DNA of 45,293 nucleotides from a virus (Duplodnaviria > Caudoviricetes), in the IMG/VR virus record IMGVR_UViG_3300032303_001474, positions 1-45,293 of that record; one strand, 5' to 3'. The position numbers and the translations under genes are program-made. Of this stretch, positions 44,054-45,293 are shown piece after piece (the stretch's first letter is position 1; the number at the start of each line of letters is the position of its first letter). Under the pieces are notes generated by a model that was given only the letters and a program-made list of their open reading frames with translations, did no database searches and had not been told where the DNA came from.

Positions 44054-45219
44054 AATAGTGGGTCTGTGTAGCCATCTTTAATGAGGCTAAACTTCTCGCT
44101 CATGTCGCCGATAACTTCAGCCTTCTTTGACCTTTCGATCTGAATGTAGTGACGCCTGGTTGTCTCGACAGACTTATGATTTAACGCTGCTGCAATAGAC
44201 TTGTCGTCATGACCTTTGCTTTTTAAGTAGCTACTTACCGACCGCCTAATATCGTGTAGCGTTAATTGCATTGATATGCCTGCTCTTGCTTTGATTCTTT
44301 CAAATGGCTTACGGATGTTTTCAATATGACCAAATCTGTTTTCGGGGCTAGTAAATAGATAGTCACTTGTTTGTGGGACATTGCGGAGCACATGATGAAT
44401 CATCGGTGTAATGCGAATGAAGTGTGGTCTTTTGTTCTTAGCCCTATCTTCTGTGACCACAATGTAGCCTTGCTTGTAGTCAATGTCTGACCACTTCAAC
44501 CCTAGAATTTCATTCTTTCTAGCGCCAGTCAAACAGAGCAGCTGAATAGCACAACGGACGGGTATGTTTTCGTCGATCTCTAAAGCCATCCATAACTTAT
44601 CGAAGTCTTCAGAGCCGAGGTAGTTTGCTCGTGGCTCTATCGTGTATTGCTTTACAAAAGAACAAGGGTTGCTAGGTATGCCCCCATTTGATGATTTGAC
44701 ATACCCCCAAGCAGCAGCTCTTCTCCACATCAAACTGAGAATGCGAAGCCTGGAATTAGCCACAGCAGGCGATGGAGCGGTGGCCTTGACCATCTCAACA
44801 TCCTCAACTCGCAAGTCTCCGATACGAATGTTTCCAAGTAGCTTGACCAAAAGATTCACTCGATATGTAGGTTCTTTTGAGCTTTTCCACTGAGTGTCCA
44901 AATGTCTTTCAATAAACATTTTTGCATAATCTTTGATCAGCGGTGATTCGTTTGATGTGTTTTGCTGACGGATTATCTCGGCAATGTTCTTGTCGTGCTT
45001 GCCTGTTAGAAAGGCGGTGATAGCTGCTTTATAGGGAAGCTCCATTCCACCTATCGTCTTGTAGATTTTCTTTCCATCAACCGAGGAGTAGCTGATCCAT
45101 TTGTGCTTACCGTTGGGGTTAAGTCTGAGGCCAAGACCTTTATAAATAGGTGACCATTTGATCTCAGTCTTCAAAACCTTTTGGCCAATATATTGTTTTT
45201 GATATTCATTTAGGTCCAT
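44023..45219 (-). CDS. int: Tyrosine integrase with N-terminal arm-binding domain
   Basis: GLGLRL..G..KW..GKK..TIG arm domain; TGARKNE, KN, HDIRR, LNH, TRRHY catalytic motifs. Confidence 0.95.
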   Translation of the reverse strand: MDLNEYQKQYIGQKVLKTEIKWSPIYKGLGLRLNPNGKHKWISYSSVDGKKIYKTIGGMELPYKAAITAFLTGKHDKNIAEIIRQQNTSNESPLIKDYAKMFIERHLDTQWKSSKEPTYRVNLLVKLLGNIRIGDLRVEDVEMVKATAPSPAVANSRLRILSLMWRRAAAWGYVKSSNGGIPSNPCSFVKQYTIEPRANYLGSEDFDKLWMALEIDENIPVRCAIQLLCLTGARKNEILGLKWSDIDYKQGYIVVTEDRAKNKRPHFIRITPMIHHVLRNVPQTSDYLFTSPENRFGHIENIRKPFERIKARAGISMQLTLHDIRRSVSSYLKSKGHDDKSIAAALNHKSVETTRRHYIQIERSKKAEVIGDMSEKFSLIKDGYTDPLFQSTISPSAL

Positions 45220-45293
45220 TATATTTACCTTGTGTGAGCAACATGATTTGTTTACTAGAAAAAAAAAGAATTGTCATCATCTGTGAACGCGAA
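45171..45293. repeat. Terminal direct repeat, copy 2
   Basis: Identical to 1-123. Confidence 0.95.

Overview
The window is a complete or near-complete circular genome (about 45,170 bp unique) of a temperate, podovirus-type tailed phage; bases 1-123 recur exactly at 45171-45293. Around the circle: a tyrosine integrase beside an attP-like region; a rightward NlpC/P60, metallophosphoesterase, HEXXH trio; tRNA-Arg(UCU); a long leftward block with replication genes (SF2 helicase, RusA, AEP primase with a PriL-like Cys domain, SSB-like, Sak4-like ATPase, AlpA-type HTH, DnaQ-like exonuclease), an XRE/RHH/MazE-like/MazF-like cassette and small early genes separated by structured RNA; a leftward secreted papain protease plus lipoprotein moron; and a rightward morphogenesis operon (terS, terL, portal, scaffold, capsid, fibres with three paralogous collar-domain tips, nozzle, adaptor, ejection proteins). 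I found no DNA polymerase, reverse transcriptase, CRISPR array, tape measure gene or stop-codon recoding. Best leads: a MazF-like toxin with a remodelled active-site loop inside a regulator operon, integrase arm-like repeats forming the spacer of a predicted leaderless promoter for the cell-wall hydrolase, the protease/lipoprotein pair with an SD-sequestering hairpin, a three-way-junction RNA, and a Z-DNA/G-rich element. All calls come from motif recognition by eye; no database searches were run.
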